A stretch of 64,000 bases of DNA. Origin: Prorocentrum cordatum (taxonomy: Eukaryota). The stretch spans positions 2,108,001 to 2,172,000 of the forward strand of contig CAUYUJ010000002.1 of assembly GCA_963575745.1 (NCBI GenBank). Direction: 5' to 3'. This document shows positions 63,313 to 64,000 of this stretch, in pieces. Numbering within the stretch: the stretch's first letter is position 1; each line of letters begins with the position of its first letter. The notes under the pieces are model-generated. The model was not told the origin of the DNA. It ran no database searches and saw nothing but the letters and a program-made list of their open reading frames with translations. Both the position numbers and the translations under genes were made by a program.

Positions 63313-64000
63313 ACTCGAAAGGTACCTCATCAGCGCAGTGCCTTCATGCCTTGCTTTTCTCGCCCCATCCTTGACTTTGCCATCCGCTGCCATTTTTGCC
63401 CGAAGTGTTCCGTGCCCGCCTTAGCCTTAGACGCGCCTTTGACGCACTTCCTTATCTTTCACACCCACTTCTACACCCATATGTTAGATGGTAGCGAGGC
63501 ACGACGCTCCGTTGACACAGCCGCGCCATGTTTCGCCAGACCCCGACAGACACGGTCCCAGCCCCCCGCCGTATGTAGTCATCCCGTTGTTCACGTCGCG
63601 CCTTCGTGCAACTTCTCCCGATCACCATGGCAGGGGACGTTACTTTACCGCCCGTCAAAGCAGTAGCCCCTTTGCCAGGACCGGCACCCTCTCTCGTTCA
63701 CGATGGCAGGAGACGTAGCTCGAGGGTCGGGGGGGTCATCCGCCCATCCGCCAGGACCAGTGGCCGGGAGCGTGCACAGCCAGAACGTAATCAGGGACAA
63801 CACCACCAATATCCACAAGGACCGTTATACGACCCATCCCAGGCACGCTCGGACTGTGCCCAGGCAGCTCGCGGACCCCAAATTGACAGTGCCCCCCGCC
63901 CGCGGGGGTAGCGTCAGGTGATAGACAACTGCTCGACTGCTCGACACAACGTGCACATTTGCGGTGTCAGAACAAGGTCCCGAGCTTTTCGGGACTGCGT

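Noticed and set aside
63700..63921. Short ORFs near the window end
   Set aside because: No recognisable motif or convincing splice context, and too little sequence to support a call.

Overview
GC-rich, intron-containing eukaryotic DNA. GC and GA splice donors, AG|G acceptors and co-oriented genes point to a dinoflagellate (inference). Most of the six-frame ORF track is low-complexity noise; the real genes appear only when exons are spliced by hand. The main object is a putative 33.8-kb cut-and-paste DNA transposon (20694-54524). It has imperfect 27-bp terminal inverted repeats (GGAGA...TCTCC), subterminal hairpins and a 3-bp TCA direct repeat on both flanks. It carries three spliced + strand genes: unknown gene A (~392 aa, 6 exons), a ~1,460-1,480-aa DDE-type transposase (13-14 exons, D...D-x26-DxxH...E, no stops in the model) and unknown gene C (~240 aa, 3 exons). 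Two transposase introns hold 5-6-kb decayed nested insertions. Positions 1-19533 are a near-identical partial second copy ending at a 100-N gap; this is either a real paralog or an assembly duplication. An aquaporin (MIP) exon lies on the left flank. On the right flank is a decayed LINE-like element (APE, RT, RNase H), then satellite-like and microsatellite repeats and a second gap. All gene models and family calls were made by eye, with no database search.
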